A stretch of 62,671 bases of DNA from Patescibacteria group bacterium (lineage in GTDB: Bacteria; Patescibacteriota; Patescibacteriia; UBA2591; JAQUPP01), in contig JBAZMD010000004.1 of NCBI GenBank assembly GCA_041649955.1, positions 1 through 62,671 on the forward strand, written 5' to 3'. A program made the translations under genes and the position numbers. Positions 8,933 to 18,816 of the stretch are shown here, piece after piece; the stretch's first letter is position 1; each line of letters opens with the position of its first letter. A model generated the notes under the pieces. That model worked only from the letters and a program-made list of their open reading frames with translations. It did not search any database and had not been told where the DNA came from.

Positions 8933-10033
8933 ATGACTATTTTAGACGATATTAAACAAATCAAAAAATTAGATAAGTTTAAAATGGCTGATTTTATTGC
9001 TGAATTGCCGGAACAATGCCTAACGGCTTATCAAGAAGCGCAAAAAATTCAGATACCAAAAGATTATCAAAAAATTTCCGCCCAAGACAGCCTGTCCGCC
9101 GGCTGGCGGAGACCAGTCTCGGGCTGGCAAAATATTATTATTTGCGGCATGGGAGGGTCGGCTATTGGCGGAGAATTAGCTAAAGATTTAGTTCAAAAAC
9201 AAATTGCTGTTCCGATTATTATCAATCGCGATTTTAATTTGCCGATTTCAGTTGATGAAAAAAGCTTGGTAATTCTGGTAAGTTATTCCGGCAATACCCG
9301 AGAAACCATCAGCTGCTTCAATCAAGCTCTGAAAACAAAAGCAAAAAAATTTGTCATTACCAGCGGCGGCGAATTGGAAAAAATGGCGAAAAAAGAAAAT
9401 TGCCCAATTTTCAAATTTAAATATTCAGCGCCTCCGCGGGCTTCTCTGGCTTATTTATTTATGCCAATCTTGGTTATTTTGGAAAAATTAGGTCTGATAA
9501 ACTTAAAAACGTGGCAAATTCCTGAATCTCTGAAAGAACTTCAAAAAATAAATAAAATTTTTAAGCCCGAAATATTAACCGAAAAAAATAAAGCCAAATT
9601 TTTGGCTTATTCTGTTTTTGACCGCTTGCCGATTATTATCGCTCCGTCTAATTTTTCTTCTTTGGCTCGCCGTTTAAAAAATCAATTGGCTGAAAACGGA
9701 AAAAATTTCGCTTTTACCGAAACCTGGCCGGAAATTTTTCATAATTTTATTGAAAGCCGCCTGCCGTTACGGATGGAAGATGATTTGATTTATTTATTTT
9801 TAGACGATCCGAATCAAGATAAAGAAACCAAAAAATCTTTAATATTTTTCCAAAATTTATTGGATAAAAAAAGAAATTATAAAGAAATAATTTCTCCTCT
9901 TGGCGAAAATTATTTTACTCAATTTTTATCTTTTATTTTAATAAACGATTGGTTAAGTTTTTATTTGGCTATTTTGAACCAATTTGACCCCACGCCGGTA
10001 GAAAATATTAATTGGCTGAAAAAACAATTATAA
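8933..10033 (+). CDS. bifunctional phosphoglucose/phosphomannose isomerase (SIS domain)
   Basis: CGMGGSAIGG and VSYSGNTRET SIS motifs. 366 aa. Confidence 0.8.
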   Translation: MTILDDIKQIKKLDKFKMADFIAELPEQCLTAYQEAQKIQIPKDYQKISAQDSLSAGWRRPVSGWQNIIICGMGGSAIGGELAKDLVQKQIAVPIIINRDFNLPISVDEKSLVILVSYSGNTRETISCFNQALKTKAKKFVITSGGELEKMAKKENCPIFKFKYSAPPRASLAYLFMPILVILEKLGLINLKTWQIPESLKELQKINKIFKPEILTEKNKAKFLAYSVFDRLPIIIAPSNFSSLARRLKNQLAENGKNFAFTETWPEIFHNFIESRLPLRMEDDLIYLFLDDPNQDKETKKSLIFFQNLLDKKRNYKEIISPLGENYFTQFLSFILINDWLSFYLAILNQFDPTPVENINWLKKQL

Positions 10034-10041
10034 TCCAATAT

Positions 10042-11724
10042 ATGCGAGTGTTGCGAACCATATATTCTTATATAATAAAAAATTGGTCATGGCTCAGCTA
10101 CTGGGTCGTTTTTAGTTTCAGCTTTATTATATTTCTTTATGTCATTCTGATTCCGCCCGGCATTATATGCCCGGACGGATTTTATCATACTAAAATGGCT
10201 TTAATGCTAAAGGAAGGTAAAATAATTCAAGATTTTCCTTGGACGCAATTTACAACTTATAAAGACCTTTTTGTTGACCATCATTTTGGCTTTCATTGGT
10301 TATTGGTTCCCTTTTTATTTTTGCCAACGCCAAATAATTTGGATATTCTCTCAGCGGAAATTGACCCTTTAATCAAGGCAAAATTAGCCATTGTCTTTTT
10401 TGCCTCGCTTGTATTTTTGGCAATTTATTGGTTTTTGCGTTTTCTTAAAACCAAACAGCCATTAGCCTGGACATTGCTTGGTTTTTTGATTGCTACTTTT
10501 TTAATCCGGCTTTCTTTGCTCAGGGCGCCGGTAATCTCAGTAAGTATTTTAATCTTGGGATATTATTTTATTTTAAAGAAAAAATATTTGTTTCTCTTTT
10601 TGCTTTCTTACTTATATGTCTTGACTTACGGCGCATGGCCGCTGATTCTCGTAGTAACCGTTATTTACTGTTTGGCCGGTTCTTTAAAATATTTATTTGA
10701 CCATCTTTATCTTTTAAAATTGAATTCTAAAAACAAAAAGATAAATATTTTTAAATTTTATTTCTCGCATTTATGGCGCGGATTTTTCAAAAAAAATAAT
10801 TTAAAACTGATTTTTTCTTGTATTTTGGGATTAGCAGCCGGAATGATTATCAACCCTTATTTCCCAAAAACCATTCCTTTTTATTGGTTTCAAACCGTTA
10901 AAATAGCAATTTTAAATTATCAAACCAAGGTTGGCGTCGGAGCCGAATGGTACCCTTTTGATTTGGACAGCTTGGTTCTTTTTAATCTTCCAATTTTTGT
11001 TCCTTTTTTAATTTCCATATCTTGGTTTTTTATTTCTGTAAAAAAACAAAGGAAAACCGGCTGGTTTCTCTTTTTGCTTTCTATATTTTTCTTTTTTTAT
11101 ACTTTAAAAGCCAGAAGAAACATAGAATATTTCATTCCGGCGGCGATTTTTTTCTGCGGCTTCATATTCACTCAAATAGCTGAAAAAATAAACTGGCCGA
11201 AAATTAAAAATCAATTTAAAAAAAATCTTCAAGGATCCAATAATATATTTTATTTCATTATTATTATATTTTTTGTCGTTTTGTGCGGCCATTTCTCGGC
11301 TGATTACATCAATCATGGCATTTACAAAGAACGGCAATCTCAAATTGATAATCCTTCCATAAATCATCTTCAAGCGGCTTCTTTATGGCTTAAACAAAAC
11401 AGCCAGGCGCAAGAAATAGTTTTTCAAAGCAGTTGGGATGAGTTCCCATTATTATTTTATTTTAACGACAAAAATTATTACATTAACGGCTTGGATCAAA
11501 CTTTTATGTATGAAAAAGACAAAGATTTGTATAAAACGTGGCTAAACCTGGTTTCCGACCGCGTTAATCCTCAGGATGTTGCTCAAATAATTAAAGAAAA
11601 ATTTCACGCTTCCTATATTCTTTTGGATAAAAAAGATAAAGAATTCGCTGATTTGCTGAAAAAATCTAAATTAGAAAAAACCTATGAAGACGATGAGTCA
11701 ATTATTTATAAATTAGGAGAATAG
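10042..11724 (+). CDS. polytopic membrane protein, putative GT-C-type glycosyltransferase
   Basis: More than 10 predicted TM segments plus a C-terminal soluble domain. Start moved to MRVLRT because the track start overlaps the pgi stop. Function is inferred from topology and context only. Confidence 0.45.
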   Translation: MRVLRTIYSYIIKNWSWLSYWVVFSFSFIIFLYVILIPPGIICPDGFYHTKMALMLKEGKIIQDFPWTQFTTYKDLFVDHHFGFHWLLVPFLFLPTPNNLDILSAEIDPLIKAKLAIVFFASLVFLAIYWFLRFLKTKQPLAWTLLGFLIATFLIRLSLLRAPVISVSILILGYYFILKKKYLFLFLLSYLYVLTYGAWPLILVVTVIYCLAGSLKYLFDHLYLLKLNSKNKKINIFKFYFSHLWRGFFKKNNLKLIFSCILGLAAGMIINPYFPKTIPFYWFQTVKIAILNYQTKVGVGAEWYPFDLDSLVLFNLPIFVPFLISISWFFISVKKQRKTGWFLFLLSIFFFFYTLKARRNIEYFIPAAIFFCGFIFTQIAEKINWPKIKNQFKKNLQGSNNIFYFIIIIFFVVLCGHFSADYINHGIYKERQSQIDNPSINHLQAASLWLKQNSQAQEIVFQSSWDEFPLLFYFNDKNYYINGLDQTFMYEKDKDLYKTWLNLVSDRVNPQDVAQIIKEKFHASYILLDKKDKEFADLLKKSKLEKTYEDDESIIYKLGE

Positions 11725-11738
11725 GGTTATCAATATTT

Positions 11739-13034
11739 ATGTTAAAAGTTAGTACTTCAAAACAATTTTTAATATTCGGATTTTTAACGGAAATAATTTA
11801 TTTATTATTTTATTTCATTGAACCATTTAGAAAATATTTGGGCGATCAAAGTTTTACTCTTCATAATCGTTATCTATTTTTATCAATAGTCGGATTAATG
11901 ATTTTTGCATTAATCCTTTACATTTTCAGCTATAAACAAATAATAAAAAATAATGTTAATTTGAAAACAATTATCATTTTTTTTATTATTTTTAATTTAA
12001 CCTTATTATTCGTCTGGCCAATCGGATCAAGTGATATATTTGGTTATATTTACCAGTCTCGAATTTTATCAGAATATCATGCCAACCCGTATTTAACACC
12101 TTATGACGCATTTCCCAATGACAGCTTCTATTATTTGATTAAAAATCAATGGTCAATATCAACAACGCCCTACGGACCGGTTTGGATTATCATCGGCAGC
12201 ATATTAAGTTTTATCGGGAAAAATAGTTTATTGTTTTCCTTGCTGCTTTTTAAGCTCTTCTTTATCTTAATTAATTTTTTAAATCTTTTTTTAATTTACA
12301 AAATTTCAAACACCACTAGGGCTGTTTTTCTTTATGCCTGGAATCCTTTGATTCTATATGAATTTGCTTTAAACGGGCACAACGACGTCTTAATTATTTT
12401 TTTCGTTTTGCTTAGCTTATTTTTCTTTTTACGGCAGAACAAAGTAAAAAATTATATTTTATCATGGATTTTTCTGATTTTCTCCATCTTGATTAAATTT
12501 TACACAATTATATTTTTACCCATATTGTTTTTATTATCTTTATTCAATTTGAAAACAAAAAAAGAAAAACTGCATTTTTCTTTAATGGCTATTCTAACAG
12601 CCATAATAATGGTAATGCTTTTCTTTCTGCCTTTTTGGGATGGTTTAAAAACTTTTTCAGGAATTCAAGCACAATTTTTGAGAACAGAAATAATATTTTC
12701 TTCAATCATAATATTAATGCTTTCGTTTCTGTTTAATTCATTACACTTTAATAACTATTTTAATTTGGCTAGTGTAATCGGCAAAATAATATTTTTTGTC
12801 TCTTATTGCGTGATTGCTTTAAAAATATTTTTTAATCATCGCGAATTAAATAAAAACAATATCTTAAAATATTGTTTTCTGGTCTATTTATTTTTAATCT
12901 TAACCGCCATCGGCTGGCTGATGCCATGGTATTTTGTTTTATTAATAGTTTTGTTGATTCTAAATTTAAGGAATAACTCCCTTCTTTATTCTGTCACTCT
13001 GTGGGGTATATTATATTATATTATTCTTAGGTAA
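11739..13034 (+). CDS. polytopic membrane protein (DUF2029/GT87-like mannosyltransferase topology)
   Basis: Multi-TM throughout; SDIFGYIYQSRI and PYGPVW segments resemble GT87-type proteins (from recall, unverified). Confidence 0.4.
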   Translation: MLKVSTSKQFLIFGFLTEIIYLLFYFIEPFRKYLGDQSFTLHNRYLFLSIVGLMIFALILYIFSYKQIIKNNVNLKTIIIFFIIFNLTLLFVWPIGSSDIFGYIYQSRILSEYHANPYLTPYDAFPNDSFYYLIKNQWSISTTPYGPVWIIIGSILSFIGKNSLLFSLLLFKLFFILINFLNLFLIYKISNTTRAVFLYAWNPLILYEFALNGHNDVLIIFFVLLSLFFFLRQNKVKNYILSWIFLIFSILIKFYTIIFLPILFLLSLFNLKTKKEKLHFSLMAILTAIIMVMLFFLPFWDGLKTFSGIQAQFLRTEIIFSSIIILMLSFLFNSLHFNNYFNLASVIGKIIFFVSYCVIALKIFFNHRELNKNNILKYCFLVYLFLILTAIGWLMPWYFVLLIVLLILNLRNNSLLYSVTLWGILYYIILR

Positions 13035-13097
13035 TTTTATGAATCGCAAACATTATTTTTTATCACAAAATTAACAATATTTACATTTTATTAATTT

Positions 13098-14516
13098 ATG
13101 AACCACAAAATAGGAATTATAATAGGAGCAGGCCCGGCAGGAATGGCAGCCTCGTTTGAATTACATAAGGCGGGTAAATCTTTCATAGTTATTGAAAAAA
13201 ATAATATGATTGGTGGATTAACCAGAACCTTTCAATATGGGGAATTTAAAACTGATATTGGTCCTCATAGATTTTTTAGCCAAAATTCATATTTATACAA
13301 TCTTATAGAAGATTTACTTGGAAACAAATGGATAAAAGTTAATAGACTAACAAGATTTTATATTAATGGTAAATTTTTCCTTTATCCTGTTGAAATAAAA
13401 AATGTGTTGCTTAATGTCGGTTTATATAAAGCTCTTAAAATTCTATTTGATTATCTTTGGGTAAAAATAAAAAGTAAATTTATAAAAAAAGAATTATCCT
13501 CGTTTAAAGACTATGTTATTGCTGATTTTGGGAGGACATTAGCGGAATTAAATATACTAAATTATACAGAAAAAATTTGGGGATTGGCTTGCTCTGAAAT
13601 TTCTCCAGATTGGGCAAAACAGAGGATAAAAGGACTCTCTTTAAGAGAGGTAATTAAAAATGCCCTTACAAAATCTAATAAGGGACCAAAAACTTTAATT
13701 GATCAATTTTATTATCCTGATTTAGGCGCGGTTTTAATCTATGAGAAAATTAAAGAAAGAATTTTAGATAAAGAAAACATTTTCAAATTAAACAGCTGTC
13801 CTGTTAAAATATTCCATAATAACGACCAAATAACAAAAGTAATCATTAATATCAAAAATAACAGCCAAATCGTGGAACCAGAATATGTTATTTCTTCTAT
13901 GCCTATCACTGAATTTGTTCATTTATTAGAACCAGCGGCTCCGAATGAAATATTAGAAGCTGTTAAAAATTTAAAATTCAGATCTCATGTTTCTCTTTTT
14001 ATAACGCTCGATAAACCTTCTGTATTCTCTGACCAATGGATATACTTTTCAGATAAAAAAATACCCTTTAGCAGGATAATGGAACCTAAAAATTTCAGCA
14101 AAAAAATGTCTCCTCAAGATAAAACTTCTCTGCTTATTGAGTTTTTTTGCTGGGAAAATGATAAAATTTGGAATGCCGACAAGGAAGAACTATTAGATTT
14201 AAGCATAGAATGGTTAGAAAAACTTAATTTTATCAGGAAGAATGAAATTATTAATTGTTTTGTCCATAAGGAAAAATATGCCTATCCTGTTTATGATTTA
14301 AAATACAAAGGGTATTTAGAAAAAATTAAGAATTATTTAAGCGGATTTAAAAACCTGCAATTAATTGGCCGAGGAGGCAGTTTTAGATACAATAACCAAG
14401 ATCATTCATTGGAAATGGGTATTTTGGCGGCAAGGAGTATTATAGACGGCAAACAATATAACATTGAAAATGTCGGACTAGAACAAAAATATTTTGAAAG
14501 AGGATATATAAAATGA
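13098..14516 (+). CDS. FAD/NAD(P)-binding oxidoreductase (amine-oxidase / UDP-galactopyranose-mutase-like)
   Basis: N-terminal Rossmann motif IIGAGPAGMAAS...VIEKNNMIGG; C-terminal GRGGSFRYNNQD. Confidence 0.7.
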   Translation: MNHKIGIIIGAGPAGMAASFELHKAGKSFIVIEKNNMIGGLTRTFQYGEFKTDIGPHRFFSQNSYLYNLIEDLLGNKWIKVNRLTRFYINGKFFLYPVEIKNVLLNVGLYKALKILFDYLWVKIKSKFIKKELSSFKDYVIADFGRTLAELNILNYTEKIWGLACSEISPDWAKQRIKGLSLREVIKNALTKSNKGPKTLIDQFYYPDLGAVLIYEKIKERILDKENIFKLNSCPVKIFHNNDQITKVIINIKNNSQIVEPEYVISSMPITEFVHLLEPAAPNEILEAVKNLKFRSHVSLFITLDKPSVFSDQWIYFSDKKIPFSRIMEPKNFSKKMSPQDKTSLLIEFFCWENDKIWNADKEELLDLSIEWLEKLNFIRKNEIINCFVHKEKYAYPVYDLKYKGYLEKIKNYLSGFKNLQLIGRGGSFRYNNQDHSLEMGILAARSIIDGKQYNIENVGLEQKYFERGYIK

Positions 14517-16051
14517 AAAAACATATAAAACAATTTTTTATTTTTAATAAAAATTATATAATTATTATAATTTTTATTGTTTTATCGTTAATTTTATTAT
14601 TTAATCATGAACCCTATCAAGATGAAGCTCAAGCTTGGTTAATAGCACGAGATAGTTCCAACTTCATCTCTATGATTCATCAAATGGGCTATGAAGGCAC
14701 CCCTGCCCTATGGCATTGCATTTTATTTATATTAACACATTTAGGATTACCTTATTTCTTAATGGCAATAGTACATTTTTTAATAATATTAAGCGCAGTT
14801 ATTATTTTTATTAATTATGCTCCGTTTTCAACGGTTGTAAAAATATTATTCATTTTTGGATATTACCCTTTTTTTGAGTATAATACTATTGCTAGAAATT
14901 ATGCTCTAACTGTTTTATTTTTATTTTTAATTGCCCTAATATATAAAAATCGCTTCAAGAGACCAATATTATACTCTTTGTTAATATTTCTCTTAGCAAA
15001 TACTAATTTATATAGCTTGGTTATTGCGATTATTCTTAGCGGAGTATATATTTTTGAAGTTTTACAACTCAAGCTTCAAAAACAACTTAATATTACTAAA
15101 AAAAATATTATCTCTTTTTTAATAATGCTTTTTGGGTTTTTAATCGCAATATATCAACTTTTACCGCCCACCGATATCGCCCTGCTCTACAATTCTATAA
15201 GATCCATAGACATAATACCCCGTACAATAATTGGAGCATTTTTGCCCATTCCAATACCCGTAATTAATTTTTGGAATAGTCTATTAATATTTTATCCTAC
15301 TACGAATATTATTACCGCCGTGAATATGATTATTTTTGGATTAATGATATTTTTATTATCACTCCTATTTTTTAAAAAACAACCAAAATTAATGTTAATA
15401 TATTTGCTTTTATTTATAGGTCTGTTTAGTATATTTCTTCTTACATGTATTGGCAATAATAGACATTTTGGATTAATATTTATAATTTTTATTTTTTGTT
15501 TATGGATAGCCAATAATTATAAAGAGTTATTAATTAAAAATAAAGTAATAAATAAATTATTAAGCCCAAAAAAATTAACTTATTGTTTTGTCGCATTATT
15601 GTTATCCCAGGTAATTGCATCGTCAATAGCCTTTTTTTATGAACTAAATTATGATTTTTCTGCCGCAAAAAAGACAGCCATCTTTTTAAAAGAAAATAAA
15701 TTTATAAATAATGAGACTTTCATCGCATCTTATCCATCATATTCCACTACAGCAATTTTGCCTTATATACCCAAACCTTATTCCCGATTTTTCTGTATAG
15801 AATATAAAAATTATTGTAGTTTTTTGACTTGGAATGAAACGTATTATTGGAATACAAATCTATCAATAGATGAAATTATAAATAGAATCGATAATGCAAT
15901 TATAAATAAAAATTATAACAGAGTATTACTTATTCTAAATGAGAATATAGAGGACAAAAAATTTCTTAATAAGTATAATTTAATTATTTCTTTTAATAAA
16001 ACTATAGTAAAAAATGAATCATTTTATTTATATCAATTAAGAACAAATTAA
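14513..16051 (+). CDS. polytopic membrane protein, putative GT-C-type glycosyltransferase
   Basis: Multi-TM N-terminal two thirds plus a soluble C-terminus. ATGA overlap with the upstream oxidoreductase gene. Confidence 0.4.
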   Translation: MKKHIKQFFIFNKNYIIIIIFIVLSLILLFNHEPYQDEAQAWLIARDSSNFISMIHQMGYEGTPALWHCILFILTHLGLPYFLMAIVHFLIILSAVIIFINYAPFSTVVKILFIFGYYPFFEYNTIARNYALTVLFLFLIALIYKNRFKRPILYSLLIFLLANTNLYSLVIAIILSGVYIFEVLQLKLQKQLNITKKNIISFLIMLFGFLIAIYQLLPPTDIALLYNSIRSIDIIPRTIIGAFLPIPIPVINFWNSLLIFYPTTNIITAVNMIIFGLMIFLLSLLFFKKQPKLMLIYLLLFIGLFSIFLLTCIGNNRHFGLIFIIFIFCLWIANNYKELLIKNKVINKLLSPKKLTYCFVALLLSQVIASSIAFFYELNYDFSAAKKTAIFLKENKFINNETFIASYPSYSTTAILPYIPKPYSRFFCIEYKNYCSFLTWNETYYWNTNLSIDEIINRIDNAIINKNYNRVLLILNENIEDKKFLNKYNLIISFNKTIVKNESFYLYQLRTN

Positions 16052-16087
16052 ATAATATTATTAAATAAATATTTATTTTTATTAAAA

Positions 16088-17464
16088 ATGAAAGAAAAAT
16101 ATAAAAATAAGTTAGTGGCTAATGGCTGGTGGCTGTTTTTATTTTTGATTTTATTATTTTTCCATTGCGCTCGTCTCCCCAACAGCGATGAGGGAGTTAT
16201 TACAAACGGGGCCTGGAATTTGATAAATCACAGGCAATTATATATTGATTTCTTTGAATTTATCCCTCCGGGCAGTTTTTATTTAATTTTTTGGTTTTGG
16301 AAAATTTTTGGCGTTCATTTTTTTGTAGCTAAATTTTTGGCTATTATAATCGTTTTTTTAAGCTCAATCGGCATATACAAAATCACTCAGGCAATCTCTA
16401 AAAATAAATTTAATTGCTTTTTCCCTTTTATTTTTATCATCACCTCTATCTATTGGCCGATTATAAATCATAATGCTTTTAATATATTTTTTGTTATTTG
16501 GGCTGTTTATTTTTTTCTCAGAGGACTTTCCGATTATTCAAAAAATAATTTTATTATCAGTGGATTATTATCCGGCTTGTCTATTTTATTTTTACAGCAA
16601 AAAGGAATTATCTTGCTTTTAGCCCTGTCATCATTTCTGATTATATCTTTTATTAAAGAAAAAAAATATTTATTATTAAAATTAAATTTTAATTTTCTTA
16701 TTTCTTCTTTGCTCCCGCTTTTACTTTTACTGAAATGGCCTCTTAAAATATTATATGAAAATTTAGTCGTCTTCCCTCTTTTTAATTATATAGAAGTTAA
16801 TAAAATCCCTTTTTATTTATTTGAGTTTTTCTTTATTATTTTATTGTTAATGGCTTGGCTTTTAAAAAATGAAAAATCCAAAAAAATCTGGTTATTGTTT
16901 TACGTTCAATTTTTTCTGCTTTTATCCACCCTGCCCCGACCGGATTCTTATCATATTTCTTTAATTTTATTTCCTCTTTATTCTATCTTCTCCATATTTT
17001 TGGAAAAAATAAAACATTCTAATCTTTTTGAGAGAACTATTTATTCCATAATATCATTGGCTGTTTTTATAATTATTTATCCTTCAATACTGATTACGTG
17101 TTATCAGCCCTTCTTTTATTCGGCAAAAAATGATAAGCTTATTTCTTACGTAAAGGATAATTGCCCTGGCACTTATTTATATGCCGGCCCCTTTATTCCT
17201 GATATTTATTTTGAAACAAAAAAATTAAACCCCACTCCATATTCATTTTTAATAACCAACCAGCAAACCAAGGAACAATTTTCAGAAGCAAAAAAATCAC
17301 TTGAAAAATATCAGCCGACTTGTGCTGTATTGAATTATGCAATAGTGGCTAAATTTAATTATAATAAAAATAACCCGGTCGATAATTATATTTTTAAAAA
17401 TTATGAACCAGTTTTTAAACAAGGAGACGATTATGTTTATAGAATTTTGCCTGCCAATTTATAA
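16088..17464 (+). CDS. polytopic membrane protein (ArnT/PMT-like topology)
   Basis: Multi-TM with an early SDEG loop after TM1, as in GT-C enzymes. Inference only. Confidence 0.4.
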   Translation: MKEKYKNKLVANGWWLFLFLILLFFHCARLPNSDEGVITNGAWNLINHRQLYIDFFEFIPPGSFYLIFWFWKIFGVHFFVAKFLAIIIVFLSSIGIYKITQAISKNKFNCFFPFIFIITSIYWPIINHNAFNIFFVIWAVYFFLRGLSDYSKNNFIISGLLSGLSILFLQQKGIILLLALSSFLIISFIKEKKYLLLKLNFNFLISSLLPLLLLLKWPLKILYENLVVFPLFNYIEVNKIPFYLFEFFFIILLLMAWLLKNEKSKKIWLLFYVQFFLLLSTLPRPDSYHISLILFPLYSIFSIFLEKIKHSNLFERTIYSIISLAVFIIIYPSILITCYQPFFYSAKNDKLISYVKDNCPGTYLYAGPFIPDIYFETKKLNPTPYSFLITNQQTKEQFSEAKKSLEKYQPTCAVLNYAIVAKFNYNKNNPVDNYIFKNYEPVFKQGDDYVYRILPANL

Positions 17465-18167
17465 TGAAGAAAAAATACTAAAGAATAACGTTCTGAAACT
17501 ATTGAATTATTGCAATAGTCAAAACTTTAATTTTGACTGGCGAATAGTCATCCTTAATAATGGCTCAACGGATAATTCTGAAAAAATTTCTCAAGAATTA
17601 CAGAAAGAATATCCTCAAAAAATAAAAATAGAAAACCTTGAACAGCCGGCAAGAGGAAGGGCTATAAAATTATATTACCAAAAAAGTCAAGCTGATATCG
17701 TGGCCTATATGGATATTGATCTGGCTGTTTCTTTGAATAATATTCCTAATTTAATTGACTCAATTCTTAAAGAAAACTATGATTTAGTGATTGGATCCAG
17801 GTTATTGCCTGATTCAAAAATAGAGAGATCTTTTATTAGAAGTTTAAGCTCGAAAATTTATATTCTTTTATCAAGAATAATATTGCATCATAACCTATCT
17901 GACTTGCAGTGCGGCTTTAAAGCGATTAAGACAGATGTTTTTAAAAAAATTATGTCTTATATTAAGGATGATAAATGGTTTTTTGACACTGAATTAATTA
18001 CTTTCACTCACTATTTCGGTTATAAAATAAAAGAAATACCGGTTGACTGGCAGGAAAACAGATATGATCAAAGAAAAACCAAGGTTCATTTATTGAAAGA
18101 CAGCCTTAATTTTATATTAAATTTGATAAAATTAAAAATGCGGCTTTATAAAATCCGCAAAAAATAA
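17433..18167 (+). CDS. family 2 glycosyltransferase (polyprenol-phosphate sugar transferase type)
   Basis: PIYNEE, NNGSTDNS and DIDL (DxD) motifs. Start placed at MFIEF inside the track ORF 17403-18167. Confidence 0.8.
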   Translation: MFIEFCLPIYNEEKILKNNVLKLLNYCNSQNFNFDWRIVILNNGSTDNSEKISQELQKEYPQKIKIENLEQPARGRAIKLYYQKSQADIVAYMDIDLAVSLNNIPNLIDSILKENYDLVIGSRLLPDSKIERSFIRSLSSKIYILLSRIILHHNLSDLQCGFKAIKTDVFKKIMSYIKDDKWFFDTELITFTHYFGYKIKEIPVDWQENRYDQRKTKVHLLKDSLNFILNLIKLKMRLYKIRKK

Positions 18168-18246
18168 AGGGTATTAAACCCTATGTTGCCGGCACTCTCT
18201 CGGGAAAAGAAAATAAATTTTCTTTTCCCTCGCTCGCTTGGCAATA
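18168..18246 (-). repeat. pilin-associated structured element, copy 1
   Basis: Small hairpin agggt/accct, then ttgcc...ggcaa enclosing a 12-bp hairpin gggaaaagaaaat/attttcttttccc, flanked by CTCGCTCG words. About 85% identical to 19716-19795. Confidence 0.6.
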
Positions 18247-18257
18247 AAAAATATTTT

Positions 18258-18298
18258 AAAATCTAAAACCCTCTCATAACGAGAGGGTTTTAGATTTT
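18258..18298. terminator. bidirectional terminator hairpin between the GT2 gene and pilin gene 1
   Basis: 18-bp perfect stem aaaatctaaaaccctctc / gagagggttttagatttt with a 5-nt loop and A/T runs on both sides. Confidence 0.8.
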
Positions 18299-18314
18299 AA
18301 CCATAATTCTTTGT

Positions 18315-18797
18315 TTATCTTCCTTCTCCCGCTCCTATACCTTCCTCATTCCCTTTCCCCGCTCCTATACCATTACTTTGTTTAGAAACGGTCAATGAAT
18401 TAATAATGAAGATAGTAATCGCGTAGGATAAAACAATAATTACTAATCCTACTACCGCACTAAGCATCAATGCCTTAGCCTGAGTAATCTTCTTTTCATC
18501 GCCACCGGAAATCATCCACATTACTCCACCGGCTATTAATAAAATCGCTAAAATCAATCCGCTAAAATTGAGGATAATTTTGACAATTCTACCCATAGCA
18601 CTCGGTAAATCTGTGTTTGATTTAAGATTGGCTTGTTTACCCGTTTGATTCAAGAGTTGCAAAGAATCAGGTTCTTGCTCGGCTAAAACATTAGGTCTGA
18701 CTATATTTAATAACCAAATACTGATCAAGAATATGGTTATCAATAAAATACAATAGACCTGGCGTTTTTGGTCGAGTTTTTTCATATTCAATTTCAC
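18315..18797 (-). CDS. TrbC/VirB2-like (T4SS-type) pilin paralogue 1, with a GIGAG(K/E)G repeat tail
   Basis: Signal/TM segment, then DLPSAMGRIV...IAGGVMWMISGGDEKKITQAK... and a second TM helix. The core is shared with three neighbours. Confidence 0.65.
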   Translation of the reverse strand: MKLNMKKLDQKRQVYCILLITIFLISIWLLNIVRPNVLAEQEPDSLQLLNQTGKQANLKSNTDLPSAMGRIVKIILNFSGLILAILLIAGGVMWMISGGDEKKITQAKALMLSAVVGLVIIVLSYAITIFIINSLTVSKQSNGIGAGKGNEEGIGAGEGR

Positions 18798-18816
18798 TGA
18801 TTGTTAAAAATCTTAC

